A DNA stretch of 64,000 nt from Antedon mediterranea. Its lineage: Eukaryota; Animalia; Echinodermata. Shown here in pieces: positions 39,201 to 52,200 of this stretch. The position numbers and the translations under genes are program-made. The stretch is from assembly GCF_964355755.1 (NCBI RefSeq), contig NC_092675.1, forward strand, positions 243,812 through 307,811, written 5' to 3'. How positions within the stretch are numbered: the first letter of the stretch is position 1; every line of letters begins with the position of its first letter. The notes below the pieces were generated by a model, which was given only the letters and a program-made list of their open reading frames with translations, was not told the DNA's origin and did no database searches.

Positions 39201-39893
39201 CCCCAATTTGTATCAACGAAGTCTGGCAAAAATAGAAAGACAATTAATGCAGCAACTATACAACGTCAGGCTAGGTATATAGCTAGCGTACGATGTTCGT
39301 ACGTTACCGATGTTTACCAGCTAGGCCTACAAAACTAAGCCTAGCTATAGGCTAAGCCTAAGACCGTCCACGAGAGGTCGATCACCGCAAGCTACTTAGG
39401 TAGTGCATTGTTTCTCACTTTTTATCATAATTTACCATAAAACGTACATTTAAGACAAGGAATGACATGGTTTAATGTTTTTGAAGTGATATATATGTAT
39501 TATTTTCCAAAAAACGTCCAAAATTGCAGGTGGTAAGGGGTCTTTAAACATACAAAAATCAAAACCTTATCAGTTAAACCTTTGGCAATGACAATATATA
39601 TTTTGCACTATTCTAGCTATGCAAACAGAGCTATGTCTAGGCCTACCTATTATTAGTAGGCCTGGCTACTTCATATTATAGAGCATGACTCTCAGATGCC
39701 AGTGTAGTAAAGGTGAATTAATTACAATAGCTACTCCCCTAGGCCTACACTAGGCTATAATAATAGTACAGAATTAGAGTAATAGTAGGCCTATTTAGTA
39801 ATACTCACTACTGGTGCTTTGTTGAGATAAACAAATGAAGCAATGCCTACTAAGTAGAAGTAATAAAAACAGCCTCACTTCGTTATCAAACAT
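33226..39893 (-). CDS. Gene 2: ~280-aa type I membrane receptor (signal, F-type-lectin-like domain, TM, tyrosine-motif tail)
   Basis: In-frame exons 39893-39809, 37304-37173, 36789-36697, 35872-35669, 34417-34309, 33445-33226. Lectin-fold motifs GKPAFQ, AVDG, CSRT, YWYVNLG, CG..., LCEVLVY; TM LIAVIIVLVVIILVMFPVLIFY; tail ...TYDDV...SGYQDLHTYSSMEPTYTDLKQ*. Confidence 0.85.
38906..39543. mobile_element. TTAA-flanked non-autonomous DNA transposon (Kolobok-like)
   Basis: ttaa|agcccccttccc ... ggtaaggggtct|ttaa (10/12 TIR match), GC/CpG-richer interior. Confidence 0.55.
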
Positions 39894-39991
39894 GGTGCTT
39901 ATACAAATATTTAAAAAAGCAATGTTTACATATTTTTTTTCTTGATTGTTTTATATACCACGTAGCCTATTCTTTTTTGCATGGTATCAAG

Positions 39992-40022
39992 TATTATTTC
40001 CGGGTTTAATAGCGCCCTCACT
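39992..40022 (-). promoter_or_regulatory. Conserved proximal upstream element of gene 2
   Basis: tattatttccgggtttaatagcgccctcact, ~100 bp upstream of the ATG; shared with genes 1 and 3. Confidence 0.55.
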
Positions 40023-41199
40023 GTCTACATGATACCAATTCTTCTTGGAGACTCTTCTATGATACCACCCAGTACAAAAACATTGATATTAAATTAAACA
40101 TGATTATATAGTAAATATATTAACTAATATATATTATATATATATATCACTATTATAAAATACATTATTATTAAATCAAAATACTGGCATTAATTTCTCA
40201 GATGCGTGGTAACAGAAAAAAACTTTAAAAGTCAATCAAATTAAAAATTATATTCGAAAAGATTACAGAGAAACTTAGAAACAGGAATAATAATTTTGGT
40301 TGTGAGATTCATATGACCAACTATGAACATCTCTTTTGAGGGTTTTGCCCGGAGTGTCTTCATTAAAAAAAATTAATTGTCTCAACTGTTATGTTGTGCA
40401 TCTTTCTTGAATCCTAGTGTATTCCTCATATATTTATTTATTTATTTATTTCTTCTTTTACAACAAAATGAGACAATCCTATATTTACTCATAGTTATGT
40501 TATTTTAAATCAACATATTTTAAGTACACAATGCTATGAAACAATAATCATCAGTATATGGAGATAATCTGAACATAAAGTTTCTGTCAGATTAATTTTT
40601 TTTTCATTGGAACTTGAATATCATATTCCCACACTAAAATTAAAATATTTTTCCGATCATTAATTTAATGTTGTTGCAGTTTAGTTTCCTTCTTAAAATT
40701 ATTCATTTTAATAATCAAAGGACTTTTATTTATATTATTTACTTTTATTAAATATTCCTGTAATTAATCTTATTATTTCACAAAATGGGGTTATAAGAAC
40801 TGCGCTGTATATGCCCAAGGAGGTTGCTATGAAACAGTATCAAAATTGTTTGCAACACCAATACTAATTTCTTTATAAAAAATGTATTTATTATACAAAA
40901 TAAGTACTATTCAAAAATTATTCAAATATATTGTATTTTCTGACAAAGATCTTCTGCATTTGAATTCACATAAAGTCTACCATCAATTAACAAGTGAGTT
41001 ATTCATGTGTGACCATGTCACTTCACAATAAGCATCAGTCATATATAGGATAAGTACACAAAATAAAATTAACTGTTCTGCTTTATTTAACAATTTATTT
41101 TATTGTTTACTTGTTTCCCGTACACTTTCGTCTACGGGATCGAGGCGAAGCACTCAGTGCTTAAAAGCCCCTCTTAGCAATAAAATCATATTCTATATA

Positions 41200-44035
41200 G
41201 GGTGAAAACTTCAGCGGGTGGTTAGACCATGCGACGTTAAGTTTTGCTTTGAACAAGTTCACCGTAGCACATGAAACTACATCCGTAGGCAGAGCATTCC
41301 ATAAGAGAATAACTCTCCTGGAGAACGTGTCCCTCCTAATATTAAGACGAGAGCTTTTAAACTTGAGTTTATATGGGTGTCCACGGGTCTGAGATTCTAG
41401 ATCAAATTCAAAAAATGTGTTGATCGAAATACGATCGAAACCTTTAACTATCCTAAAAACTTGGATAATATCCGCTCTCTGCCTTCGTTATCTCATGGTA
41501 GGAAGACCAAGAATTCTCAAACGTTGTTCATAAGGAATATTACGGTACCTAGGAATCAATCTTGTTGCTCTTTGCTGGACCTTCTCTATTTCATCCTGAT
41601 CTCGTTTTCTAATAGGATTATAAACAGTGTTACAATATTCAAGCGTTGGCCTGACAATAGACTTATACAGCTTCAAAAATCCATCTTTATTCAAGAATTT
41701 AAAAGATCTATAAATCATTCCTAGTTTCTTATTAGCTCTTTTACAAATATCCGCTACATGCAAATTAAAGATTAAACTAGGATCAAAGGTAACACCTAGA
41801 TCTTTCTCCTGCTTTACCTCATGTAGTAAATTACCAGCCATTGAATACAAGAAATTGGGATTATCACGACCATAATGAAATACCTTACACTTAGTGTCAT
41901 TAAATGGCAATTGCCAAACATTAGACCAATGGAAAGCACTGTCAATGTCTCTTTGAAATAAATCCGCATCATCAATGTTATTGACCACTCTATACAACTT
42001 GGTGTCGTCTGCAAATAAACGTATACTAGATTCGACAACATCAGGTAAATCGTTAATGAAGATTGAAAATAAGATTGGGCCCACAACGCTACCCTGTGGA
42101 ATTCCACTTAATACTGGAGCCTGTGATGACAATTGACCATTGACACTAACTCGTTGTGTTCTATTTGACAAATAATTAGAGAACCATCCTAGTAGATTTC
42201 CCGTAATACCAAAACATTTCAATTTGACTAGAAGCCTTTGGTGTGGCACACTATCAAAGGCCTTTTTATAGTCTAAATAGACACAATCAAAGCTATCATG
42301 GTTATTCAGGTTAGTAGTCCAACTCTCCAGGACATCAAGTAGTTGTAATGCACATGATCTACCTTGTCTGAATCCAAATTGCTCATTGCACAAAAGACCA
42401 TTACTCTCAAGATACATTACAAGTTTATCCCTAATAATCCTTTCCATCATTTTCCCTATGACCGACGTTAAACTAACCGGTCTGTAGTTAGCCGGGTCCT
42501 CCTTTTTGCCTTTCTTAAATATAGGTATTACAATTGCCTCCTTCCACGATAGAGGGACCTTCTGATCATTGAATAATCTAGTGAATATTAGACTGAGAGG
42601 GTAAGCAATTTGATCCTTTAATTCAATCAAAACCCGTGGGTGAAAGCCATCAGGGCCAGCTGACTTATCTATAACTAAGTTAGACAACAGCTTATGAATA
42701 TCTTCTACATTAAACTCAATATCTGACAAGGAAGCCTCAATCTTTTTTATCAAGATTCGGAACATTCGATAAGTTCTCCTTACAAAAGACACTGCTAAAA
42801 AAAGAATTAAAAGACTCGGCTTTATCTTGGTCATCTACAACAAGTTTACCTTCAACATTTCTAAGAGTAGGAATACCAGATCTGGTGTTTAACTGAGAAT
42901 TTACATAGCGCCAAAAAGACTTTTCATTGACTTTAACCTCATTTGCAATCTTATTTTCGAAGATGATTTTAGAACTCTTAATCAAATTGACAGTATCATT
43001 CCTTACTCTAATGAACGTGTTCCATTTGACACTAGCAGTCATGCCCTTTACGTTTTGCTTTGATATACTGTTTCCAGCATTTATTCTTCTGTTTAATAGA
43101 CTTATCAACCTCCTTAGTATACCACAAAGGTCTCTTAACATTTCCAGACAAGTGTTTCTTACACTTTGGAACAAACTGTTCCATACCTCTAGATAAGATC
43201 TCATCAAAAGAACCGTGCGAGTGTAACCCGTCCTTATCCAATAACTCAGTTTCCCAATCGACACCATCAAGAAAACCACGAAACTTATCATAATCAGCAT
43301 GGAAATAATTTCTGACCTCTTCCACCTCTTCTTTGATTAAATTAACTGGAATTTTAAATCAAAGTACCATATGATCACTCTTACCTAATGGTGGAGCTTG
43401 AAGGACCTCACTAATAGAATCCTCATTAGATGTAAGCACCAGGTCCAGAACATTGGCCTGTTCTCCTATTCTGTAACGGGTTGGGTCTCGTACATGCTGA
43501 GCTAAAAATAAGTCATTAATGGTGTCAAAAAAATTATGACTATTTTTACCATCTTCACCAGTCACATATCCTAGCTCCCAATTAATACTCCTATAATTGA
43601 AATCTCCAACTATAATAAAATCAGAACAAGAAAAGGATGCCACTTTTCTAAACAGAGAAGACAAAGCAGAATTATTGACACTAGATCCGGCGTCACTTCT
43701 ATACACACATCCAATTAAAAAGGTGCGATCCTTGACTTTAATCTCAACAAACATGGATCCCTCAAACAAAATATCTTTAAACAAAACCGGAGTGGCAGAC
43801 ATCCCATTTCGAACATAAATAACAACTCCTCTACCAGATGAAAGCTTTTCATTTGCCGGGCAAAAACATCTGAAAACCAGGGATATGAAACTCTTCTATA
43901 GACAATTCAAAAAAGTACTTCTTTGGTAGAATCTCAGTCAAAGCAATGATATCAACTTTCTCTGAAGATAAACGCAACAGAAGCTCATTCTTCTTATTTA
44001 GAAGGGAATCACAATTTGTATAAAATACATTAAAA
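41200..44035 (-). pseudogene. CR1 ORF2 (endonuclease-RT) broken by several frameshifts
   Basis: Consecutive ORF-track pieces 43359-43802, 43032-43325, 42737-43300, 41488-42834 in different frames. Confidence 0.88.
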
Positions 44036-44074
44036 AAATCATTAACATCTTCTGACTGCGTAGAACTTACATTG

Positions 44075-44959
44075 TTAGGCAGTGTTCTCTTCCGATTGGG
44101 TAGTGCTTTGGGAACGAAACCGAGTTATTTTCCCCCTTCTAATTACCAAGTCTTTTTCCCCTTTGCTTTGCCTATCCCTCAATATGTCCCTAAGTTTATT
44201 ATACTCATCACGTTCCTTTATTGTTCTATCATTACTTACTGCGCACTTTTTTTGTATAGCAATTTCAAAGGCATCTCTTTTGATACATTCCTCCTTGAAA
44301 ACTACCTTTATAGGGCGGCACCCATCTTCTCCGTGTTTACCCACCCGGAAAAATGTCCTCATTTCGACCTCTAGGTCAATATCCTCGAAAATACCTGTCA
44401 ATTTACTGAGGTCATCATTTTTTCTTGTATCCGAGTCATTACTCTTGGACTCATCTATTCTATATAGCATCAAATTAGATTTTCTTTTCAATCTCTCATT
44501 TTCATCCTTAAGTCTATTTTCAATTATTGTCTTAACCTCCTCATTATTAACAACACTAGATGACCGGGATAACTTTTTAATATCCTCTTTATTGATCTCT
44601 ACCTCAGATTTAATTGCTTCAATTGTTTTAATCATGGTTTTTTGTGTCTCATTAACATTATTAATAAGACCCATGAAATTGCCTACTGAGACTGAGCAGC
44701 TCCTACAGTACCAAAAAATGGATGAGTCATCTTTGGATAGCCACTTATATTTGGCTTCATTAATTTTCTGACAATCTATGTGGAACCATAGCTTACAAAG
44801 ACCGCATAAAACCGATTTGCCACCAGACATAAAATGGCCACCACATGAACCACATTCGTCTTCACCCTCGATATCTAATACCGTTTTATCAACTGTGCCT
44901 CCTGCATTACGTGATCTAGGCTTTGGCCTGGCACCTTCATCTTTGCTTTTGGAAGCCAT
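44075..44959 (-). CDS. CR1 ORF1 protein with PHD finger and coiled coil
   Basis: CGSC...CGLCKLWFHIDC...WYCRSC, then NLMLYRIDES and RPIKVVF motifs; 294 aa, open. Confidence 0.88.
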   Translation of the reverse strand: MASKSKDEGARPKPRSRNAGGTVDKTVLDIEGEDECGSCGGHFMSGGKSVLCGLCKLWFHIDCQKINEAKYKWLSKDDSSIFWYCRSCSVSVGNFMGLINNVNETQKTMIKTIEAIKSEVEINKEDIKKLSRSSSVVNNEEVKTIIENRLKDENERLKRKSNLMLYRIDESKSNDSDTRKNDDLSKLTGIFEDIDLEVEMRTFFRVGKHGEDGCRPIKVVFKEECIKRDAFEIAIQKKCAVSNDRTIKERDEYNKLRDILRDRQSKGEKDLVIRRGKITRFRSQSTTQSEENTA

Positions 44960-46229
44960 GCCCTAACTGCTTACACAACCCTAGGCCTAGCGAAAGACAA
45001 TCTAAAAAAAGAAAAATCTCACCAGTCCTTAGAATACACTAAGAGCTCAAGCAGAAATTTGAAGCAATAAGAATAGGAATAATGATATGAAAGTAAAAGA
45101 TCGTAAAAAAAACAACTTACAAACCCCGCCAGCAATAATAAAGAAATTTCCGACTTCAGAAACACGTCCCACTACCATAAAGCGCGCACAACAAATTTAA
45201 GGGCCTAAGCCTAGCCTATTCCTTAGCGTATGGAGAGGCTAAAGGCCTGGTATAATCAACAGCTAAGGCAAGTAAAATAAGAGCACAAGCAACAATTGAA
45301 TAAAAGATGAGCAAAGGGAGTTTTATATTATTTAAGAAATACCAAATCTATAAAAAAAACTAGCAAACAAGATTCAAAGACTTTCCGATTACAGATTCGT
45401 CCAACCACAAACCCAGGCCTAGCAAAGACAATCTCAAAAAATCTCTCCAATCGAAAGACAAATCGAATAATACAAGGGCTTAAGCTACATTTGTAGCAAT
45501 AAGAAGAGTAATGGAGACTTTATGTAAGTAAAAATCGTGAAAAAACTATACAAAACCAGCAAACAAGATTCAAAACTTTTACAACTTCAGAAACACGTCC
45601 AACCACCATGAAGCGCCCTCTGTCAGACATTGCGAGTACTACTGTATAAAATGGTCTATTGAAATAAAATGTCATCCTGTACCATAACAGATACTGGTAA
45701 CAATTTAGTAGATTTAAACTTGTGACTTCACAATAAGCACCAACCAAGACCACAGAATCTCAGTTGAGTAGTAGATTGTACAGAGTGAAGAAGTTCAATC
45801 AACATATCCACTACAATATCATCATTAGCTTGTTGAATGAAAAACCTCTTCAAAAGGTTCTGCTCTGCACTTTACTAAAGAGAAAATATCAAAAAGAATG
45901 TAGTATTGTTTATGAATTATGTATGAATGTATATACTATACACATATCAAGCATTACTTATTTCAACTTAACAAAGCTATAAGTGGTTCATTCTTCTTAA
46001 TTAACTTATTTGTGTCAAAATAAAAAAAACAAGCGTATTACAGAATGCCCTTTGTAAGTTGACATAAATAATGCACAAATGTTCAATGTTTATATTCCTA
46101 ATTGACATTTTAATTAGTGCTGTTGGTGTATGGAAATAAAACTAAGAACTATGGATATATTGGAGTTTTAATGACTACATGATAAAGTTGTTTATACCAT
46201 TTTTTATAAATCTCAGTGGCCTCTCATGA

Positions 46230-49200
46230 TTACCGTTTCAAATCAATATATGTTGGTTCCAGTGATGAGTATGTGTGCAGATCTTTAAATGTCTCTCTAG
46301 AATCTGGCAGAGGTGGTGGCGCTACAGCATTTTCACTATCAGCAGTTGGCAAACTGATCTCATATACTGTATTAGATGGTTTTATTGGCATTGCAACATT
46401 ATCATAATCAGTCATGTTCGTCTCTGAGGAAACACCCACTTCCTTGTTCTTCTGAGAGTAGTGGGACCTAAGATAAATGAATTAATCTTCAACAAACAAC
46501 ATTTTTATTATTTGAAAAAAAGGAAAAAAAATGAATAAATGTGCATTCACTATTATACTGTGGTAAACTATCGTCACTTTTGAACACAATTAGTTATCGG
46601 GTCAGACTAGGAACCCACAACCTTCAGATCCTCTCTAGACAGCAGAGCTTGAGCTGATGGTTAGGGTTGGAATCGAGCAGCAGGTACAGCACAGGGTGAT
46701 AATCATATGCTGTGGAGTATGTCAGAGTAGGGCAAGAGATTTGACCAAATACATACCTCACTGCACAGTAGCCTTAAAATGGTAACAACATTGATTTAAA
46801 TAATCTATGAATTATTAAGGTAAAATTAATATACCATATTTAAATAAACCTTAAATAAGTTATTTAAATGTAATATTAAGAAATATAATCTTTATATAAA
46901 TTTATATGAAAAAGAGGTTATCTCAACAGATTTGAAACAGATTGGAGAAATTGTATGATTCGTTTTAATATATAGAAAAATATACACAGTAAAAACAAAA
47001 ATATAGGTTATTAGGCAACTGATGATTAAATGTACCGGTGTTAGTACTGCAATTTACACATGTTAAAACAAACAAGGTATAAATAATTTGTTTTAATTTA
47101 AATTTAATCGTTATAAGTGATCAAAGACAATTATTCAAGCTAAGTTTTCAAATCCCCAGATTAAATTGCAAGCAGAATGAATACAGTATTTAAAAGCGAT
47201 TATTATATGCTAAACTTGTTGAATTACAACAGAAGTCTGTAATATATCAAAAACTACTGTTAGGCTGAGACGTCACCTAAAGAGAAGCAATAATAGCCCA
47301 AATAAAAATAATTGTTTAAGTACAAAACCTGCAATAAAAAACCAAAGTTGGAGACATCATCAAAATAATGATGGCCTGAACAATTATTATTGCTATCAGG
47401 TAAACTGGTACTGTGTTACAGGATGTGTCACATTTACCTTCAAAAGTAAATACAACATTTAAACTGTTCAAAAGCATGTTATAGAAAACACTTTTTATAA
47501 GTGATACATGAATATGTAATGCTGTAGGATAGTAGAGAAAACACAACATTGCTATATGTCATTAGTGCATGGTTATAGACCAGTATTTTCAATCAGCATC
47601 AAAAGTAACTTTTGGAAGGTAAACAAATATACTTAATATTCATCACAAATTTGTTGAAATTTTTGAAAATAGTCTTCCTTGATATTGATAATAAAATACA
47701 TTTAAATTCTTTTATAACACACCTGGTTGTATTCTTGTAATTTGATTTGTTAATTACCCATCACGTGTCATTTGGAATTAGCCCTACTTAACGGAAAAGT
47801 GATATCTATGTTATAAACATTTTGAGATTTGTTTCCACAAGACATTGTTGACTGATCCTGTTCGAAAATCAACTTGTCATTGGATCATTGCAGCAGCAAC
47901 AGCATTGCGTTTTTGGCTGTTGATCAAGCTCCCTCCCAAAGCTTGATCGAGCTCCCTCTCAAAGTTGATCAAGCTCGATCTTCTCAAAACTTGAAATGAT
48001 CTCCCTCTCAAAGCTTGAATGAGCTACCTCCCGAAACTTGATCAAGCTCCCTCTCAAAGCTTGATCAAGCTCCATCTCAAAGCTTGATCAAGCTCCCTCT
48101 CAAAGCTTGAACGAGCTCTCTTACTTACAAATTTTAACCATCAGCTCAGGAAAAAATTGATTATAAAAACTATGAAGTGCTTTCAAGGTTTATTATACTG
48201 TTATAGAATGAATACGTAAATTACGTATATTCATTACGGTAATGAATTATGTACTTAAGTTAATGAATTATGTACTTAAGTTAATGAATTATGTACTTAA
48301 GTTAATGAATTATGTACTTAAGTTAATGAATTATCTACTTAAGTTAATGAATTATGTACTTAAGTAAATGAACTATGTACTTAAGTTAATGAATTATATA
48401 CTTAAGTTAATGAATTATGTACTTAAGTTAAATTGTACTTTAAATTTAAGCAAATTTAATTACCTGCAATGAAATTCCTTTAGGTAAGGCATAGTAAACA
48501 TTTATAAAGCAAAGCTTATTAAATTGTGCTTGGGCAACAGATTTGTTTTTTAAATGGATAAGACAAGTGAAGACCTATTGCTGGCAGAGAAGATTGATTG
48601 GGTTTTAGAACATAACATTGTTGGTTTATATGCTGTTTTCTTTGTGAATTTCTGATTTTTTATTGAGCAGTTAAGTTTTTTTAAAGTTGGACAAATGCTG
48701 AATTTAATTGTTTTACCTCCAAATGAAACTGTAAATTCACAGCTTCCCATATTTCCAGCAATATCTGTAGATGTGCAAGTTACATCAGTTGAATCGGCAT
48801 CAAATAATGAACCAGAAGGTGGAGTACAAGTAGCTGACAGACCAGTATCAACATTGTCACTCACTGAGGGGTCATCCCAGGTCACTTTGAACTGATGTAC
48901 AACACTGTCAGGACATGTTACAACTGGAGTTATACTATCTGGCATTTTGTCATCTGAAATTATATTATGTAAGATGTGTTTTAAATAACTTCTCTGGCAT
49001 TTATTAAAATTAAGAGATTATTTCAAAATCATAGAAAAACAAAATGCATTGAGAAAGGACAACATTTGCCTTATCTGATTTATCTAAGTATAGTGTTAAT
49101 ATGTAATGAGGAGACCCTACTACCTAAAACACAGAACTGAAATGATTGGCAGACAAAAGATTGTAACAGAAACTAAGATACATATACACATTAATGGTAG

Positions 49201-52200
49201 TACAGAAGTAACACTTACCATTGACAGTTACTTCAAATAAACAGATTCCTACATTACCAGCCATATCCACAGCAAAACATGTAACATTAGTTGAACCAAT
49301 ATTAAATGATGAACCAGAAGGTGGAGAACAAGTAGCTGATAGACCAGTATCAACATTGTCACTGACTGTGGGGTCATTCCAGGTCACTGTAGTTTGGCCC
49401 AAGGAGGTATGTTCTTTAATATTACCAGGACATGTTACAATTGGATTCTCACGTTCTATGAAAAGATTTTATTACTGCATATTAGATTATATTTTGGTTA
49501 ATCAATAATTTAAATAATAAAATGACTTAGATATATCCTTTTGTGTCAGTTGCAAAGAGATCACCACATTTCTAAAAGTAGTTGCATGTGGGTGGAAAAA
49601 AGTGGACATCTCTTGACAACAAGAAAAATCGTACATTTATTCCCAACAAACATTAAACTGAGCTATTGTTTAAAAATGTATAATTTCCATTTTGTAGAAG
49701 TAGATTTACCAGTTTCACATCTGGTTCCAGTATAGAGGCTTGGACATGTACATGAGTAAGATATACCAAAATCATTACAAGCTCCACCATTATGACATGG
49801 AGAACTGGCACATGCACCAATTCCTGAAAAAAGAGTTGATTTTTAAAGATATCATAACACAACTAAACAAACTCATTAAATTTCAATACATGAAACTACA
49901 CAATTGTTACAAATAAAAAATAAATCATATAGTATCCTTGTATTTATTTTGTAGACTTACTAGTTTCACATCTGGTTCCAGTATAGAGGCTTGGACATGT
50001 ACATGTGTAAGATGTACCAAAATCATTACAAGTACCACCATTGACACATGGAGAACTGGCACACGGATTGTTTGCTAAAAAAAAGCAGGTTGAATTGAAG
50101 AGCCAAGTTAAATAGAAAAGTAAATCTTTCATTGATTGAATAAAAAGTACAAAAGAATACAATCAGGTGTGTAATAACAATTAATTAGATATTAAAACAT
50201 AGCGATTTTTTCCTTTGTGTATGTAAAATGTTTCAGTATACTTTAATGTAACCTCAGTTATATTCAATCAGAAATACTGTATCATTATCATTAATGTATA
50301 GGGATCCATGTACAGTAGCATAATTGTTGCAGAGTACAAGATCATTTGAAACACATTACTGTATAAAAGAGGAAAAACATACCTTCTGTTACTAAAACTG
50401 TAAAAGTGCAATCACCATAATTAGTGGCACTGCATGTTACAGTATAAGAGCCAACAGTAAATGATGAACCAGAAGATGGAGAGCAAGTGGCAACCACGGC
50501 AGGGTCAACATCAAGTATTGTTGGTGTATCCCATGTCACAACTTTAGTTGTTGAAGTCATAATATCACTAGGGCATGTCAAATCTGGTACAGGCACTTTA
50601 AGTAAGAAAAAGACTAACTGTTTAGTTTGCCAATTGTCACAAAAAGCATTGGCTTAAAATGGCTGGCTTATGCTGGACCGACTCTCAAATTCGGGTACAT
50701 TACCGTAAGTAATCTGCATATTTCACATACAGTACACATTCAGTGGTATGCAAATTTTAATTTGATTTAGTTAATAATTTACATTTTTTCTTGTTCACAT
50801 AGATTAACAATAACAATCATGTGAGAATTACTGAGTGATAAAAGCTCTGTTTAAAAGTGTTTAAAAATCAACATGAAATGATGGTGGTACCTTATCAAAT
50901 GTTAATTACCTCCATAAACATATACTTCACAAACAATGATCTCATTAATATTACTGTTGTATAAAGAAACATATTGCCCAATCTTGGATGAATTGCAGTC
51001 TACAAAGTAATAACCTTCGGTTGTTGAGGAAGGAATAGATCCACAGATGTTAGTTGAAGTAAGGAGTGAACTGGTATCACTAGCAACACGGATCTCAAGG
51101 CCAGTAAGTGTACCTGAAATAAAAATGCCACAGAATTAATTTTATAATAGAAAATCTCTCTGAGAAACTGCAGTCAGAAGTAGAATAGATTTTCAAGTTT
51201 AAATTGATTGATTTACATATGAAAGACTAATCTAAATAATTTGAGCTCAAAACTTGAGGTAGATCGTTGGGGGAGTCCTAAAAATCCATAATGCAAGGTT
51301 AATTTTTTAAAGATTTTAAAAGTTGCTATCTTTGTAACTTGTGGCAAAAATTTTTAAAATGTTTACAGTTCAAGCTGAACGTGCATTAGAACCATTCATT
51401 ATCACCATTAGATATCACTTTTCCATGAGATAGAGCGAATTCCAACAGATGTGTAAGTTAACCAATCAAATTGCAAGGATACAATCAGATGTGTTTTATA
51501 TTCGTGGACAGAATATCTCATTTGTTGTTGAAAACGGTTCTAAATACAGGGTAGTCTAAAGAGATTTTAATACAAAATATACATTCCTTCTTTCTAGAAA
51601 TTATGCTAATTTAGATAAACAGGACAGCCTAGCTATTTTAGTCTGCCATGTATATCTAGGTATTGTGCATACACATTTTTGGAACTTTTAAGCCTAATAG
51701 AATACTAGATTTGAATTCATCACTTTATCCTCACGACAAACGCCACGTGCACGTACGTTAGAAAATGCGCAAAGAAAAAGATTACATCATTATGACATAT
51801 GGTATATGTATGCATTTTATTTGAAGCCTCATGGTACCACCATGATGCAACGTAAGTAATTAAAATAAATAATATTACGAACCTAAAGATGCTGGGTATA
51901 CATAAACATCATCAATGCTGTATGTATCTCCTAAATCAACATACCAAAAAGCAGCCCCTGTAGAAACTTTAAATATAAACAGAAATATATTATTCTTCAA
52001 TCTTCTTTGAAAAAAATACTAGTAATATGTTTTTATATTTTATTTATTCATACTTAACAAGTAAATCCAAATAGAATGATAATATTATTACTTTTTAAAA
52101 ATAAACATTTATACTACTATACTAGTATAAGAAAAATATTGGTCTGTGTTTTTCCCTTTTTCTATAATTTTTGGTTAATGTCAAGATACAGTATAGTAGG

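Larger units (their letters stand above)
41100..45630 (-). mobile_element. Essentially full-length CR1-clade LINE downstream of gene 3's stop codon
   Basis: ORF1 with PHD finger, frameshifted APE-RT ORF2 (GDFN, SDH, YLDYKKAFD, GIPQGS, FADD), 3' hairpin cccgtagacgaaagtgtacggg, duplicated 5'UTR units. Confidence 0.92.

Noticed and set aside
44082-44771. 229-aa plus-strand ORF and similar antisense ORFs (13929-14393, 5296-5610, 30028-30396)
   Set aside because: Shadow frames of real coding sequence on the other strand, no recognisable motifs
48240-48430. Regular short repeats resembling a CRISPR array
   Set aside because: Head-to-tail units with no unique spacers, eukaryotic intron context, no cas genes
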